Origin: Candidatus Woesearchaeota archaeon
Lineage (GTDB): Archaea > Nanobdellota > Nanobdellia > UBA10117 > JABICX01
DNA: 64,000 bases
Direction of reading: 5' to 3'
NCBI GenBank assembly: GCA_018652045.1
Contig: JABICX010000004.1
Coordinates: 30,747-94,746 of the forward strand
Of the stretch, positions 27,013-36,328 are shown one piece after another. Positions within the stretch are counted from its first letter, which is position 1. Every line of letters starts with the position of its first letter. Both the position numbers and the translations under genes were made by a program. Under the pieces are notes generated by a model. It was given only the letters and a program-made list of their open reading frames with translations, was not told the origin of the DNA and did no database searches.

Positions 27013-27543
27013 ATGGAATTAAACATACCAATACCTGAAGACATTCAGGTTACAGTCGAAGGAAATAAGTTTACAGTTAGTAAAGATCAACAATCTTTAG
27101 ATCGAGCCTTTCCAGTTAGAGTAGTATCAATTACAGTAAAAGATCGAGAAGTAATCATTAAAAGTTTCTCAGAAGTCGCAAGATCTAGAGCGATGGTTGG
27201 AACATTTAGAGCACATGTTAATAATATGATAAAAGGTCTTCAAGATCCATTTGTGTATAAACTTAAAGTATGCGCAGCGCACTTCCCAATGACTGTAAAG
27301 CGCGTAGGTGGGGAAGTCCAACTACAAAACTTCCTTGGCGAAAAAAAGGTTCGAAAGGTTAAGATTAGTGAAGATGTTAATGTAAAAATCGAAGGACAAG
27401 ATATTACAATATCTGCATCTGATATCGAAGCGGCAGGAGCTGCAGCGTCAAAGATCGAGCAAATGACTCGATTATGTAAGAAAGACCGCAGAGTTTTTCA
27501 AGATGGCATATTCATGACTGAAAAGGCAGGTAAAAAAATCTAA
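27013..27543 (+). CDS. rpl6: 50S ribosomal protein uL6
   Basis: IPIPEDIQVTVEGNKFTVS, YKLKVCAAHFPMTV; cluster order. Confidence 0.9.
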   Translation: MELNIPIPEDIQVTVEGNKFTVSKDQQSLDRAFPVRVVSITVKDREVIIKSFSEVARSRAMVGTFRAHVNNMIKGLQDPFVYKLKVCAAHFPMTVKRVGGEVQLQNFLGEKKVRKVKISEDVNVKIEGQDITISASDIEAAGAAASKIEQMTRLCKKDRRVFQDGIFMTEKAGKKI

Positions 27544-28277
27544 TGGTAGACAAGAAGTTACTTGAACATAGGAAGGAAGCAAAGGCAAATCAGCCTAGAT
27601 TCCTACGTCAGGAGTTCCATAAGCGAAAGCGTCTAGCCGAGTCTTGGAGAAAGCCACGAGGTATACATTCAAAGCTGAGATTACGTAGAAGAGGTAAGGG
27701 AAAGATGGTTTCAGTTGGATATAAGATGCCTGACGAGGTTAGAGGTCTATCAAAAGAAGGCGCTAAATGTGTATTAGTATCAAAACCCACACATCTAAAG
27801 TATGTAAAAAGTGGCGAGGTAGCTATACTTCGGAAGATGAGTAACAAGAGTAGGTTGGCGATACTAACTGAAGCAAAGAAACTTAATGTTAATGTACTAA
27901 ACTTCCGAGATATAACAAAGAAAATCTCAGAGATAACGGAGAGTTTAAGCTCAAAGAAGATCGCAAGAAAGCTGAAGGAGACTAAGCGAGCAGAGAAAGA
28001 AGCTGAAGTAAAGAGAAAATCAAAGATGACTGAAAAGCAGGCAGCAAAGGAAGAAAAACAAAAGGAAGTTACAACTGAAAAGAAGTCAGATACACCAAAA
28101 GAGACCCCAAAAGCAGAGTCAGCTAAGAAAGAGGCTGTAAAGCCTGTTGCTAAGTCAGCAGAAACCCCAAAGAAAAAGGTTGCTGCTAAGAAAGAGGCTC
28201 CAGCAAAGAAGAAAGCACCTGAAGCTCCCGTAAAAGAAGAATCAAAATCAACTGAATCTAAGGAGGCTAAGAAATGA
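27543..28277 (+). CDS. rpl32e: 50S ribosomal protein eL32 with about 110-aa Lys/Glu/Ala-rich C-terminal extension
   Basis: Core PRFLRQEFHKRKRLAESWRKPRGIHSKLR...GYKMPDEVRG. 244 aa in total (typical eL32 is about 130), with the tail ...EKQKEVTTEKKSDTPKETPKAESAKKEAVKPVAKSAETPKKKVAAKKEAPAKKKAPE... Confidence 0.9.
   Translation: MVDKKLLEHRKEAKANQPRFLRQEFHKRKRLAESWRKPRGIHSKLRLRRRGKGKMVSVGYKMPDEVRGLSKEGAKCVLVSKPTHLKYVKSGEVAILRKMSNKSRLAILTEAKKLNVNVLNFRDITKKISEITESLSSKKIARKLKETKRAEKEAEVKRKSKMTEKQAAKEEKQKEVTTEKKSDTPKETPKAESAKKEAVKPVAKSAETPKKKVAAKKEAPAKKKAPEAPVKEESKSTESKEAKK
28100..28194 (+). repeat. 95-bp perfect repeat, copy 2 (inside the rpl32e tail)
   Basis: Identical to 22935-23029. Identity stops on both sides (a/t mismatch upstream, a/c mismatch downstream). 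Confidence 0.9.
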
Positions 28278-28789
28278 ACTTAAGCTTACAAAAGAGATTG
28301 GCGTCCAAGATGGCACGTGTAGGTCTTAATCGAGTAAAGATTAGCCCAGAGGCTGCAGAAGATATTAAAGCAGCTATAACCAAAGCAGACATTGGTGGAC
28401 TTATATCTGAAGGAAAGATCGAAATCAAGCACAAGCGTGGCGTCTCTAGAGTTAGAGCACGTAAGCTTCATGCTCAGCAGAAGAAGGGTAGACGAAAAGG
28501 ACAAGGTTCCCGAAAAGGAGCAAAAAAAGCAAGAACTCCAAAGAAACGAGCGTGGATAAACAAGATTCGATTGCAGAGAAAGACATTAAAACAACTACGA
28601 GATAAGGATCAATTGAAGGACGTTGCTTATCGCAAGTTATATTCATTAGCAAAAGGTGGATTCTTCCGAAGTAAGAAGCATCTTATGCTTTATGCTGAAA
28701 AGAATAAACTGTTAGTTACTGGCGAATTAAAGATTCGCAGTCCCGCTAAATCAAAAGATTTAGTTGGTAAGAGTGAGGCTAAAAAGTAA
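28274..28789 (+). CDS. rpl19e: 50S ribosomal protein eL19
   Basis: LSLQKRLASKMARVGLNRVKI..., GRRKGQGSRKGAKKARTPKKRAWINKIR. Confidence 0.9.
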   Translation: MNLSLQKRLASKMARVGLNRVKISPEAAEDIKAAITKADIGGLISEGKIEIKHKRGVSRVRARKLHAQQKKGRRKGQGSRKGAKKARTPKKRAWINKIRLQRKTLKQLRDKDQLKDVAYRKLYSLAKGGFFRSKKHLMLYAEKNKLLVTGELKIRSPAKSKDLVGKSEAKK

Positions 28790-28790
28790 A

Positions 28791-29321
28791 ATGGCAAGCG
28801 GACCGAGATTTACTGTAAAATACCGAAGAAGGCGCGAGATTAGAACTAACTATCATCATCGTCTAGCTTTACTTAAATCTGGCCAACATAGATTGGTTAT
28901 TCGTAAGACTAACAAGTATATTATATGCCAAATAATCGATTATCATGAGACTGGAGATACTGTTCTAGCAGCAGCTCACTCAAAGCAGCTCTTAAAGTTA
29001 GGTTGGAAACATAACTGTAGTAATACTTCTGCAGCATATCTAACAGGTTTAATGTTGGGAGCAGCAGCACAAAAAGCAAAAGTTAAAAACGCAATATACG
29101 ATTCTGGTTTATACCCTTCAACAAAAGGTTCATTATTATACGCAGCACTTAAGGGCGTGGTTGACGCGGGTTTAGATATTCCACATACGGCAGATATATT
29201 CCCTGCAGAAGATCGAATCTCTGGAAAACACACAAAAGCAAAGGATTTATCAAAGGACATGGAGGCTGTAAAAAAGAAGATACAACTGAACAAAGGTTCA
29301 GTTGAACCAAAGGTTAAGTAA
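28791..29321 (+). CDS. rpl18: 50S ribosomal protein uL18
   Basis: MASGPRFTVKYRRRREIRTNYHHRLALLKSGQHRLVIRKTNKYIICQI. ATG at 28791 lies right after the rpl19e stop. Confidence 0.9.
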   Translation: MASGPRFTVKYRRRREIRTNYHHRLALLKSGQHRLVIRKTNKYIICQIIDYHETGDTVLAAAHSKQLLKLGWKHNCSNTSAAYLTGLMLGAAAQKAKVKNAIYDSGLYPSTKGSLLYAALKGVVDAGLDIPHTADIFPAEDRISGKHTKAKDLSKDMEAVKKKIQLNKGSVEPKVK

Positions 29322-29322
29322 G

Positions 29323-30105
29323 ATGGTAGAACAAAAAAGATCATTTCAAGGCCGAAGGAAGTTCAATCCAGCACAAGCTGGAGCTCAGAGAAAGAGTAGA
29401 GATCAGATGAGAAAGGAAGAAGAATTCTCTAAACTTGAAAAGTGGGTACCTCGGACTGCACTTGGCCGTCAGGTTAAGGCGGGAGATGTTACGAGCATTG
29501 CTACAGTTCTAGAAAGTGGACAAAGAATCCTTGAAGCACAGATCGTTGATTTACTTATACCTGATTTAGAAACAGACTTCATTTTTATTGGTCAGAATAA
29601 AGGTAAGTTCGGTGGTGGAAAGCGTAGTATCTTTAGACGAACTCAAAAGAAGTCTCGAGAGGGAAACAAGTTAATATTTTCAGTTATGGCTGTTGTTGGA
29701 AACAAGGACGGTTACGTAGGAATTGGTGTTGGAAAGGCTAGAGAGACGGTTCCTGCAAGAGAAAAAGCAGTTAGAAACGCTAAGCTTAACATAATGCAGA
29801 TCTCAAGAGGTTGTGGTTCATGGCAATGTACTTGTGGAGAACCGCATTCTATTCCATTTAAGATGGAAGGTAGAGAGGCAAGTGTTCAGGTTAAATTCAT
29901 GCCAGCTCCAAAAGGAACTGGACTAGTAATTGATGATGAGATTAAGAAAATCTTCAGATTGGCAGGTATTCGTGATGTATGGTGTAAGACGCGTGGCCAG
30001 TCAAAGCAAAAGATGAACTTTGTAGCAGCAGCAATGGAAGCACTTATGCATGGAACTCGCCAACGCGTTGTTGCTTGTAATTTAAAATATGGATCAACTC
30101 ACTAA
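29323..30105 (+). CDS. rps5: 30S ribosomal protein uS5
   Basis: FSVMAVVGNKDGYVGIGVGKARETVPAREKAVRNAK and GTGLVIDDEIKKIFRLAGIRDVW. ATG at 29323 is preferred. Confidence 0.9.
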   Translation: MVEQKRSFQGRRKFNPAQAGAQRKSRDQMRKEEEFSKLEKWVPRTALGRQVKAGDVTSIATVLESGQRILEAQIVDLLIPDLETDFIFIGQNKGKFGGGKRSIFRRTQKKSREGNKLIFSVMAVVGNKDGYVGIGVGKARETVPAREKAVRNAKLNIMQISRGCGSWQCTCGEPHSIPFKMEGREASVQVKFMPAPKGTGLVIDDEIKKIFRLAGIRDVWCKTRGQSKQKMNFVAAAMEALMHGTRQRVVACNLKYGSTH

Positions 30106-30106
30106 A

Positions 30107-30652
30107 ATGGCAGATAACAAAACTGAAACTAAGACATCAAAAGCATCGCAGACTCTAAAGCCTGCAGTAAAGACTGCGTTAGTACCAAAGATCTTCGCAG
30201 TAATACGTATACGTGGCGAAGTTGGTGTAAATCATAAGATTGCAGCAACTCTAGAACTATTAAGACTTCATAAAAAGCACCGCTGCGTAGTTATTCCCGG
30301 TACGGAGAACTATATGGGTATGATATCAAAAGTTAAGGATTATTGTACTTTTGGAGAGGTTAGTGAAGATACGGTTAAGGATCTGCTTACAAATCGAGGT
30401 AGGATCGTAGGAGATACTGTACTAACTTCAGATTTTCTGAGAAAGAGTAAACTTACTTTTGAGACGTTTGCAAAGAAGATATTGTCTGGCGAACTAAAGA
30501 TTAAAGATATTGAAGGCGTAAAACCTTTCTTTAAGTTAAGCCCACCAAGAGGTGGATTTGAACGTGGTGGAATCAAGAAACCGTATTCTATGCGAGGCGT
30601 TTTAGGTTATAGAGGTCCTGAAATCAACAAACTCTTACGGAGGATGATGTAA
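30107..30652 (+). CDS. rpl30: 50S ribosomal protein uL30
   Basis: FAVIRIRGEVGVNHKIAATLELLRLHKKHRCVVIP. Has an N-terminal Lys/Thr-rich extension. Confidence 0.85.
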   Translation: MADNKTETKTSKASQTLKPAVKTALVPKIFAVIRIRGEVGVNHKIAATLELLRLHKKHRCVVIPGTENYMGMISKVKDYCTFGEVSEDTVKDLLTNRGRIVGDTVLTSDFLRKSKLTFETFAKKILSGELKIKDIEGVKPFFKLSPPRGGFERGGIKKPYSMRGVLGYRGPEINKLLRRMM

Positions 30653-31083
30653 TGGTAGACCGAAAACCAAAGAAGTCTGTAAAGCAACGAGGTAGCCGAA
30701 CTCATGGTTGGGGTGCTGGAAAGAAGCATAGAGGTAAGGGTCATATTGGTGGTCACGGAGAATCTAATGTTGGAAAACGTGGTGGAGCTAGAAAAACTCG
30801 TTACTTGGCTAAAGGTATAAAACCCTATGGTCAATCTGGAATGCCTTTGAGTCAAAAAGGAATATCTGGTAGAGCAATTAATATCGCAACCATTTATGAT
30901 CGATTAGATACGTGGGTAGAACAAGGCAAAGTAACTAAAGAGAAAGACACCTATATTGTAAATCTAACTGCATTAGGCTATGAAAAGCTGTTAAGTGGTG
31001 GTTCAGTACGACAAAAATTAAAAATCACTGTTGCGAAGATATCTAAGAAAGCAGCAGAAAAGCTCGGCATTAAGGCTGAGTAG
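30652..31083 (+). CDS. rpl15: 50S ribosomal protein uL15
   Basis: QRGSRTHGWGAGKKHRGKGHIGGHG...; cluster order. Confidence 0.9.
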   Translation: MVDRKPKKSVKQRGSRTHGWGAGKKHRGKGHIGGHGESNVGKRGGARKTRYLAKGIKPYGQSGMPLSQKGISGRAINIATIYDRLDTWVEQGKVTKEKDTYIVNLTALGYEKLLSGGSVRQKLKITVAKISKKAAEKLGIKAE

Positions 31084-31094
31084 GTTTATATTCA

Positions 31095-32492
31095 ATGGCA
31101 ATAAATTGGCAGAAATTAGCTTCATTCCTTCCAGAAGTTTCAAAGCCACTTAAGAAGAAGTTAGGCTTTAATGAGAAACTTAAATGGACTGGTATAGTTT
31201 TGCTTCTCTATTTTACTTTACTTCATATTCCACTTTATGGACTTGGACAAAATTCATTAGAGCAGTTTGAGGCACTCTCAACTATCTTGGGAGCAAGTTT
31301 TGGATCTTTAATATCGTTAGGTATCGGACCAATTGTAACTGCAAGTATTGTATTACAGTTGTTAGTAGGTTCTGGTATTCTAAACATGGATATGACCAAA
31401 CCATCTGACCGTGCTAAGTTCCAGGCAATGCAGAGAATTACGCAGATCGGTTTTGTAACACTTGAGGCAATAATTTACGTTTTCATGGGTGGACTTGCAC
31501 CAGATCCAGCACTAATCGGAACCACATCATATCTTCCACTTCAGTTAGCGTTAGCATTCCAATTATTTATTGGAGGTTATATGATCCTGTTGATGGACGA
31601 ACTTGTTCAAAAATGGGGTTTCGGGTCAGGTATTGGTATATTCATTGCAGCCGGAGTCTCAAGACAGATATTCATAACTGCATTATCACCACTTAGCTCA
31701 CCAACAAATCCAGGGATTCCTGTTGGACGTATACCGTTCTTGCTACAGGCACTCCAGACTGGAGATCCAATCGGTGCGTTGGTAGCAGTAATTGCTATCG
31801 TGGCAACAATTGTGGTCTTTATGATGGCAGTATATGGTCAGGCAATGAAGGTAGAGATACCGTTATCGTTTGGAAGAGTTCGAGGATATGGTATACGTTG
31901 GCCACTAAAGTTCATATATACGTCTAATATTCCAGTCATCTTAATTGCTGCGCTATTGGCAAATCTCCAACTTTGGGCAAGATTGCTCCAGAACTGGGGA
32001 TACCCAATTTTAGGAACTTTTGTAAATGGTTCTCCCGCATCTGGAATAGTCCGGTGGGTTAACTCACCAAATATCATCAATTCACTTGTTGTTGGAAGTG
32101 CAACTAGCGAAGTTATCACACAAGCTGTTGTATATACGACAATTATGGTTGTTGGTTCAGTATTTTTCTCAATAATGTGGGTAAAAACATCTAACATGGG
32201 CGCAGATGCTCAGGCAAAGCAGATCCTTGCATCAGGGTTACAGATACCAGGATTTAGACGAGATCCGCGCGTTTTAGAATCAATCTTAAATCGATATATT
32301 CCAGCTCTGACAGTTATGGGTGGAGCAACAGTTGGATTCCTAGCTGCATTTGCAGATCTTTCCGGCGCACTTAGCCGAGGAACAGGTATATTACTTACAG
32401 TTATGATTATCTACAAGCTTTACGAAGATATTGCAAAGCAACACGCTTATGATATGCATCCAGCTCTTCGTAAGTTCATGAGCCCTGAATAA
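31095..32492 (+). CDS. secY: Preprotein translocase subunit SecY
   Basis: 465 aa with 10 predicted TMs and typical archaeal SecY motifs (LGIGPIVTASIVLQLL, GFGSGIGIFIAAG). Follows rpl15. Confidence 0.95.
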   Translation: MAINWQKLASFLPEVSKPLKKKLGFNEKLKWTGIVLLLYFTLLHIPLYGLGQNSLEQFEALSTILGASFGSLISLGIGPIVTASIVLQLLVGSGILNMDMTKPSDRAKFQAMQRITQIGFVTLEAIIYVFMGGLAPDPALIGTTSYLPLQLALAFQLFIGGYMILLMDELVQKWGFGSGIGIFIAAGVSRQIFITALSPLSSPTNPGIPVGRIPFLLQALQTGDPIGALVAVIAIVATIVVFMMAVYGQAMKVEIPLSFGRVRGYGIRWPLKFIYTSNIPVILIAALLANLQLWARLLQNWGYPILGTFVNGSPASGIVRWVNSPNIINSLVVGSATSEVITQAVVYTTIMVVGSVFFSIMWVKTSNMGADAQAKQILASGLQIPGFRRDPRVLESILNRYIPALTVMGGATVGFLAAFADLSGALSRGTGILLTVMIIYKLYEDIAKQHAYDMHPALRKFMSPE

Positions 32493-32494
32493 TA

Positions 32495-33115
32495 ATGAAA
32501 GTTAAAACAATCCTCTTTGATTTAGGTGGTGTTTTTGTTTCTGATGCTAAAATTAATTATAAGAATCACCTATGTGACTTCTCTTCTGTTTTAGCGTTTG
32601 CAGGAGTAAGCCAGAAAGATGCAGATAAAGTTATGAATAAACATTGGCCTAAACTGAAGCTCGGCGAAGAAAGCTTAGACGATTTCTGGAAAGACTTTCA
32701 ATCTCTGGTCAAAAAAGGCGTTGATTTAAAGGACGTTATTAATATGTATTGGGATAGAATCCTTATGGATGAAGATGTCTTTGAGTTCGCACGCAAGCTA
32801 AAGAAAAAGTATCATCTAATGGCTTTAGCAAATGAATCTAAAGAAGGCATGGATTTCAAGAACAAGAAGTTTAAGTTGCTGGAGTTGTTTGAGAAAGTCT
32901 ATTGTTCTGCATATTTACATATGGCTAAGCCAAACAAGGATATCTACGAAGCAGTTATTAATGACTCAAAGCTTGATCTATCTACAACAGTCTTTGTTGA
33001 CAACCAAATTGCAAATGTCAATATGGCTGAATCATTAGGCATAAAGAGCATATTATTCAAGAATCTCGAACAGCTAAAAGAAGAACTGACTGAATTAGGG
33101 ATCAGTACTGAATAG
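32495..33115 (+). CDS. HAD-superfamily hydrolase (subfamily IA-like)
   Basis: Motif I ILFDLGGVF (DxG), motif III K (MAKPNKDIY) and motif IV VFVDNQ. Sits where adk usually follows secY. Confidence 0.7.
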   Translation: MKVKTILFDLGGVFVSDAKINYKNHLCDFSSVLAFAGVSQKDADKVMNKHWPKLKLGEESLDDFWKDFQSLVKKGVDLKDVINMYWDRILMDEDVFEFARKLKKKYHLMALANESKEGMDFKNKKFKLLELFEKVYCSAYLHMAKPNKDIYEAVINDSKLDLSTTVFVDNQIANVNMAESLGIKSILFKNLEQLKEELTELGISTE

Positions 33116-33149
33116 AACGTTTTTTAAGTTTTATTAGTGATACGTAGTT

Positions 33150-33509
33150 ATGAAGATTAGTGGAGACGACTTTGAAGCAATGATTGCTCATGCTGAAAGT
33201 CGTAAAGGAGACATGTCTTTGTTTGAAGGGCGAGTTCTGAGTGATCTATACACCTGGGCAGCAGTTCAAGGAGATATACCTGCAACTAACGAAAGTCAGG
33301 TTAGGGTCGCAGAAGGTATTAAATCTCAGCATGGTGAGGAAGGATTGCGTGCAATAGTGAGAATCATTGAGATAAACGTCGAACCAGTAGTTCTTGGATT
33401 GGGTCTGACGGGAGATACTCATGAAGATCATGCATGGACTCTCGGACTGAGAGATAAAATACAAAAAGATTACCTTACAGCACCAGACGATATACATAAA
33501 GATCGTTGA
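33150..33509 (+). CDS. Hypothetical protein (119 aa)
   Basis: ORF with an AT-rich TATA-like box (ttttttaagttttatta) directly upstream. No motif recognised. Confidence 0.45.
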   Translation: MKISGDDFEAMIAHAESRKGDMSLFEGRVLSDLYTWAAVQGDIPATNESQVRVAEGIKSQHGEEGLRAIVRIIEINVEPVVLGLGLTGDTHEDHAWTLGLRDKIQKDYLTAPDDIHKDR

Positions 33510-33610
33510 TTTCTTCTTAACAAAAGATTAATTAGTCAAAGTAAGCTTTGCCAACAGAGTTTTTTCGTTCCACTCAAAAACTATATAAGCCTTTAGAGAT
33601 CTTAATCACA

Positions 33611-33964
33611 ATGGCATCTGAAAAGAAGCTTTCTATGAATATCGAAGATGGTTTAGAATTCTTTGCTCATGAGACAAGTATTAACTTCAGTCCAACACAG
33701 TTTGTGATAGATTTCAAGAACATAACCCCACGTATTGATCCGCGTGCTGGAAAAGACCCAGTTGTTGTCTTACGCCATAATGTAATTTTATTAGACCCCT
33801 TACATGCGAAGAGATTGGCAGAGTTACTATTGGATGTTGTAGGTAAATATGAGAAAGAGTTTGGCAAGATAGAAAAACCAAAACCTGTAATTAAACATGA
33901 GAAAAAGTTAAAAAGGAAGAGTAAAAAGCAGAAGACATTACCTACACCCGAGTATTTTGGATAA
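33611..33964 (+). CDS. DUF3467-like protein with Lys-rich tail
   Basis: EFFAHETSINFSPTQFVIDFKNITPRIDP resembles the DUF3467 core as I recall it. ATG at 33611 has ctatataagcc about 29 nt upstream. Confidence 0.5.
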   Translation: MASEKKLSMNIEDGLEFFAHETSINFSPTQFVIDFKNITPRIDPRAGKDPVVVLRHNVILLDPLHAKRLAELLLDVVGKYEKEFGKIEKPKPVIKHEKKLKRKSKKQKTLPTPEYFG

Positions 33965-33966
33965 CT

Positions 33967-34584
33967 ATGGCAAAAGAGAAGATTGAAGAAACACAAGTGG
34001 AAGAGCAGGCAGAAGAACAGCCTGAAGAGACTGTTGAAGAACAACCTAAGAAGCCTACTGAAAAGTTTCACAGGACTCGAAAGGGTGGTATCATTTTATC
34101 TTCGATTTTTGCAATCTTAATGGTCGCAGTTATATTCTTGTACCAAGGACCTGCAGAACCGCGCGTTTTCGGGATGGTTCCCTTGCACGCAATTGGACTA
34201 TTATCAATCATATTATCGCTGATTGTGACTTTGATATACAAGTTTTTCACAGATCAGGTCTTGATGAAAGAGCTGAAGAAGGAATTAAAAGGTCATCAGA
34301 AGCAGATGAAGGCAGTCAGAGGAGATACCTCAAAGATGAGCGCGCTTTCAAAGAAGTCAATGGAGACAAACATGCGCTACATGCGCCAGACTATGAAGCC
34401 AATGCTTATCACAATATTACCTTTCCTATTAATCTTTCAGTACTTGCGAGGCGTTTTTGATAGCACAATCATTATTAGATTGGGACTTCCATTCTGGCCA
34501 GGAGATCTTGGATGGATTGGAACATACATAGTCTTCTCAATGATCTTCACAACAGCCTTCAGAAAGATCTTAGACGTTGTTTAG
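33967..34584 (+). CDS. DUF106/EMC3-TMCO1-like membrane protein (archaeal YidC/Oxa1-like insertase candidate)
   Basis: Three TMs with an intervening amphipathic coiled region (MKELKKELKGHQKQMKAVRGD...MRQTMKPMLITILPFLLIFQYL). This is the conserved secY-downstream position in archaea. Confidence 0.6.
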   Translation: MAKEKIEETQVEEQAEEQPEETVEEQPKKPTEKFHRTRKGGIILSSIFAILMVAVIFLYQGPAEPRVFGMVPLHAIGLLSIILSLIVTLIYKFFTDQVLMKELKKELKGHQKQMKAVRGDTSKMSALSKKSMETNMRYMRQTMKPMLITILPFLLIFQYLRGVFDSTIIIRLGLPFWPGDLGWIGTYIVFSMIFTTAFRKILDVV

Positions 34585-34640
34585 TAAGGCTTATAAACTC
34601 ATTTTTTCAATCATCACTATCAACCCTTTGGAGGGAAAAT

Positions 34641-34934
34641 ATGAAACCAATAAAACAAAGACGGACACCTGGCAACAGGACCGTGACACACACGAAGCCA
34701 AAGAAAACTGGACATCATGAATGTGCTTTGTGTCATGGCATTCTTCACGGGACACCTCGTGGCACTGTTGTACAGATCAGAAAAATGAAGAAATCAGAGC
34801 GTAAGCCAACAAGACCATTTGGTGGTCAGCTATGCAGTAAGTGCACTAGAGATGTTATGAGCTATCGAGCTCAGCTAAAAGGAAAGACACTAACGTTACT
34901 TGACGTTCCGATTAGCATACGGAGGTACATATAA
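34641..34934 (+). CDS. rpl34e: 50S ribosomal protein eL34
   Basis: MKPIKQRRTPGNRTVTHTKPKKTGHHECALCHGILHGTPRG...RPFGGQLCSKCTRDV. SD ggaggg lies upstream of ATG 34641. Confidence 0.85.
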   Translation: MKPIKQRRTPGNRTVTHTKPKKTGHHECALCHGILHGTPRGTVVQIRKMKKSERKPTRPFGGQLCSKCTRDVMSYRAQLKGKTLTLLDVPISIRRYI

Positions 34935-35233
34935 TGGAAACCTCTGGAAATATGGAAACGCCTGGAAATGTAACTGTTGGACCAACAATGGACGTAAATG
35001 AATTTGGAACATTAGTGGGTATTTTTAAAGAGCACGTTGAAACGGATACAGATGTTTTTCGTCAAATACATATGATTGCTAAAGTTGGTATTTTAGAAGC
35101 AATGTTAATACACGCTAATGATACAAGTAGTCCAGAAGTAATGATTAGTTCGCAATTTTATCAGCATATTCAAAGTTATATTGATAGATTAGCTGCTGAA
35201 AATGCAGATAATGGAGGTGGAAATGGCAATTGA
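34934..35233 (+). CDS. Hypothetical acidic protein (99 aa), translationally coupled between rpl34e and rpl14e
   Basis: TAATG overlap with the rpl34e stop and an 11-nt overlap with the rpl14e start. The N-terminus is an 18-nt tandem duplication (METSGN/METPGN). No P-loop. Confidence 0.5.
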   Translation: METSGNMETPGNVTVGPTMDVNEFGTLVGIFKEHVETDTDVFRQIHMIAKVGILEAMLIHANDTSSPEVMISSQFYQHIQSYIDRLAAENADNGGGNGN

Positions 35234-35579
35234 AGTTGGAAGATTATGTGTAAAGCTAGCTGGCAGAGATGCAGGTAAAGAATGCTTAATCGTAGATGTA
35301 ATTGACAGTAATTTTGTAACTATCGAGGGCAATACTCGACGCAGAAAGTGCAACATAAAGCACCTTGAGCTATTACCTCAGACAGCTAAGATCAAGAAAG
35401 ACGCTACTTTTGCAGATGTTTCAAAAGCACTTGAGGGTCTAGGTTTTGATGTAGAAGATAAGACTGATAGGCCAAAGAAAGCTAAGAAAGAGGCACCTAA
35501 GAAGACGATTAAAGAAAAAGTAGCAGCTAAGGTCAAGTCAGCAAAGAAAGCACCTGCTAAGAACGCTAAGAAGAAATAA
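35223..35579 (+). CDS. rpl14e: 50S ribosomal protein eL14 with Lys-rich C-terminal tail
   Basis: MAIEVGRLCVKLAGRDAGKECLIVDVIDSNFVTIEG..RRRKCNIKHLE. Tail PKKAKKEAPKKTIKEKVAAKVKSAKKAPAKNAKKK. SD ggaggtgg. Confidence 0.85.
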   Translation: MAIEVGRLCVKLAGRDAGKECLIVDVIDSNFVTIEGNTRRRKCNIKHLELLPQTAKIKKDATFADVSKALEGLGFDVEDKTDRPKKAKKEAPKKTIKEKVAAKVKSAKKAPAKNAKKK

Positions 35580-35616
35580 TTAGTTTGCAGAAGGGTCTAT
35601 TCAGTAGCACCCACAA

Positions 35617-36321
35617 TTAATTCACTTTTGCAGAAGTCTTTCTAAATGCTTCACGCGTTGCTGCGAGGTCTTTTTTAGATAGATATGGTCTTGATGTCCA
35701 GAAGGTCTCATCATCCATAGTACATGCGTCATGTATTGTACGTAGATCGTCACGTAGTTCGTCCGCTAATTCTTTTACTTTTTCAGCATTAAATCCTTGG
35801 AGTTTTACTCTTACTGTAACTGGATCAACGCGACCGAAGTCAGGTTCTCCGATAAACTCCCAATTCATTAGCGTAGTAGCATCATTTGCTAGATTGTATC
35901 CTACTATGTGTGTTGATATGTTGCGATCGTTAGTTATATTTACTACCTCTTTGAATTTATTGCCTACTCTTGCCTGTCTAGTTTTCGCAAGCATATACCA
36001 CAGGTCTGTCTCTTCTATAGACACACTTGTCTCTCCAGGGATTACGAGACCTTCAAGTTCCATACCATTACCTGTATCTGTATGAATTGGTGTCTGAAAG
36101 AACTTTGTCGCGTATCCTGCTATGAAAGCATTAAAATCATCAACAGTTTCGCCAGTTACTACGAATCTGTGCCTATCCTTACCCACTCTATCAATTGTAA
36201 GTGTGTCGCTAGGCAAAGTTCGTTTAATCAATACATCTTGTCTTTTCTTGAGAGCTTCATGTCCAAGTGCTTTTGCGTATGGTGGCTCCTTAAATTCAAA
36301 TATTCCTATCATTTTATTCAT
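35617..36321 (-). CDS. Hypothetical soluble protein (234 aa)
   Basis: Long ORF on the strand opposite to the surrounding r-protein/cbf5 genes. No TM and no motif recognised. Confidence 0.55.
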   Translation of the reverse strand: MNKMIGIFEFKEPPYAKALGHEALKKRQDVLIKRTLPSDTLTIDRVGKDRHRFVVTGETVDDFNAFIAGYATKFFQTPIHTDTGNGMELEGLVIPGETSVSIEETDLWYMLAKTRQARVGNKFKEVVNITNDRNISTHIVGYNLANDATTLMNWEFIGEPDFGRVDPVTVRVKLQGFNAEKVKELADELRDDLRTIHDACTMDDETFWTSRPYLSKKDLAATREAFRKTSAKVN

Positions 36322-36328
36322 ATGCCGC

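Noticed and set aside
22900-28280. CRISPR-like or tandem-repeat array, suggested by recurring aagaaag/gctaagaaa strings.
   Set aside because: The repeats lie inside coding Lys-rich tails, are in frame, and lack the regular repeat-spacer periodicity. No cas genes are present.
32495-35233. Degenerate remnants of adk or cmk in the orphan ORFs of the secY-downstream block.
   Set aside because: None of the ORFs has a P-loop (GxxGxGK[ST]) or other NMP-kinase motif. The HAD motifs in 32495-33115 are clear.
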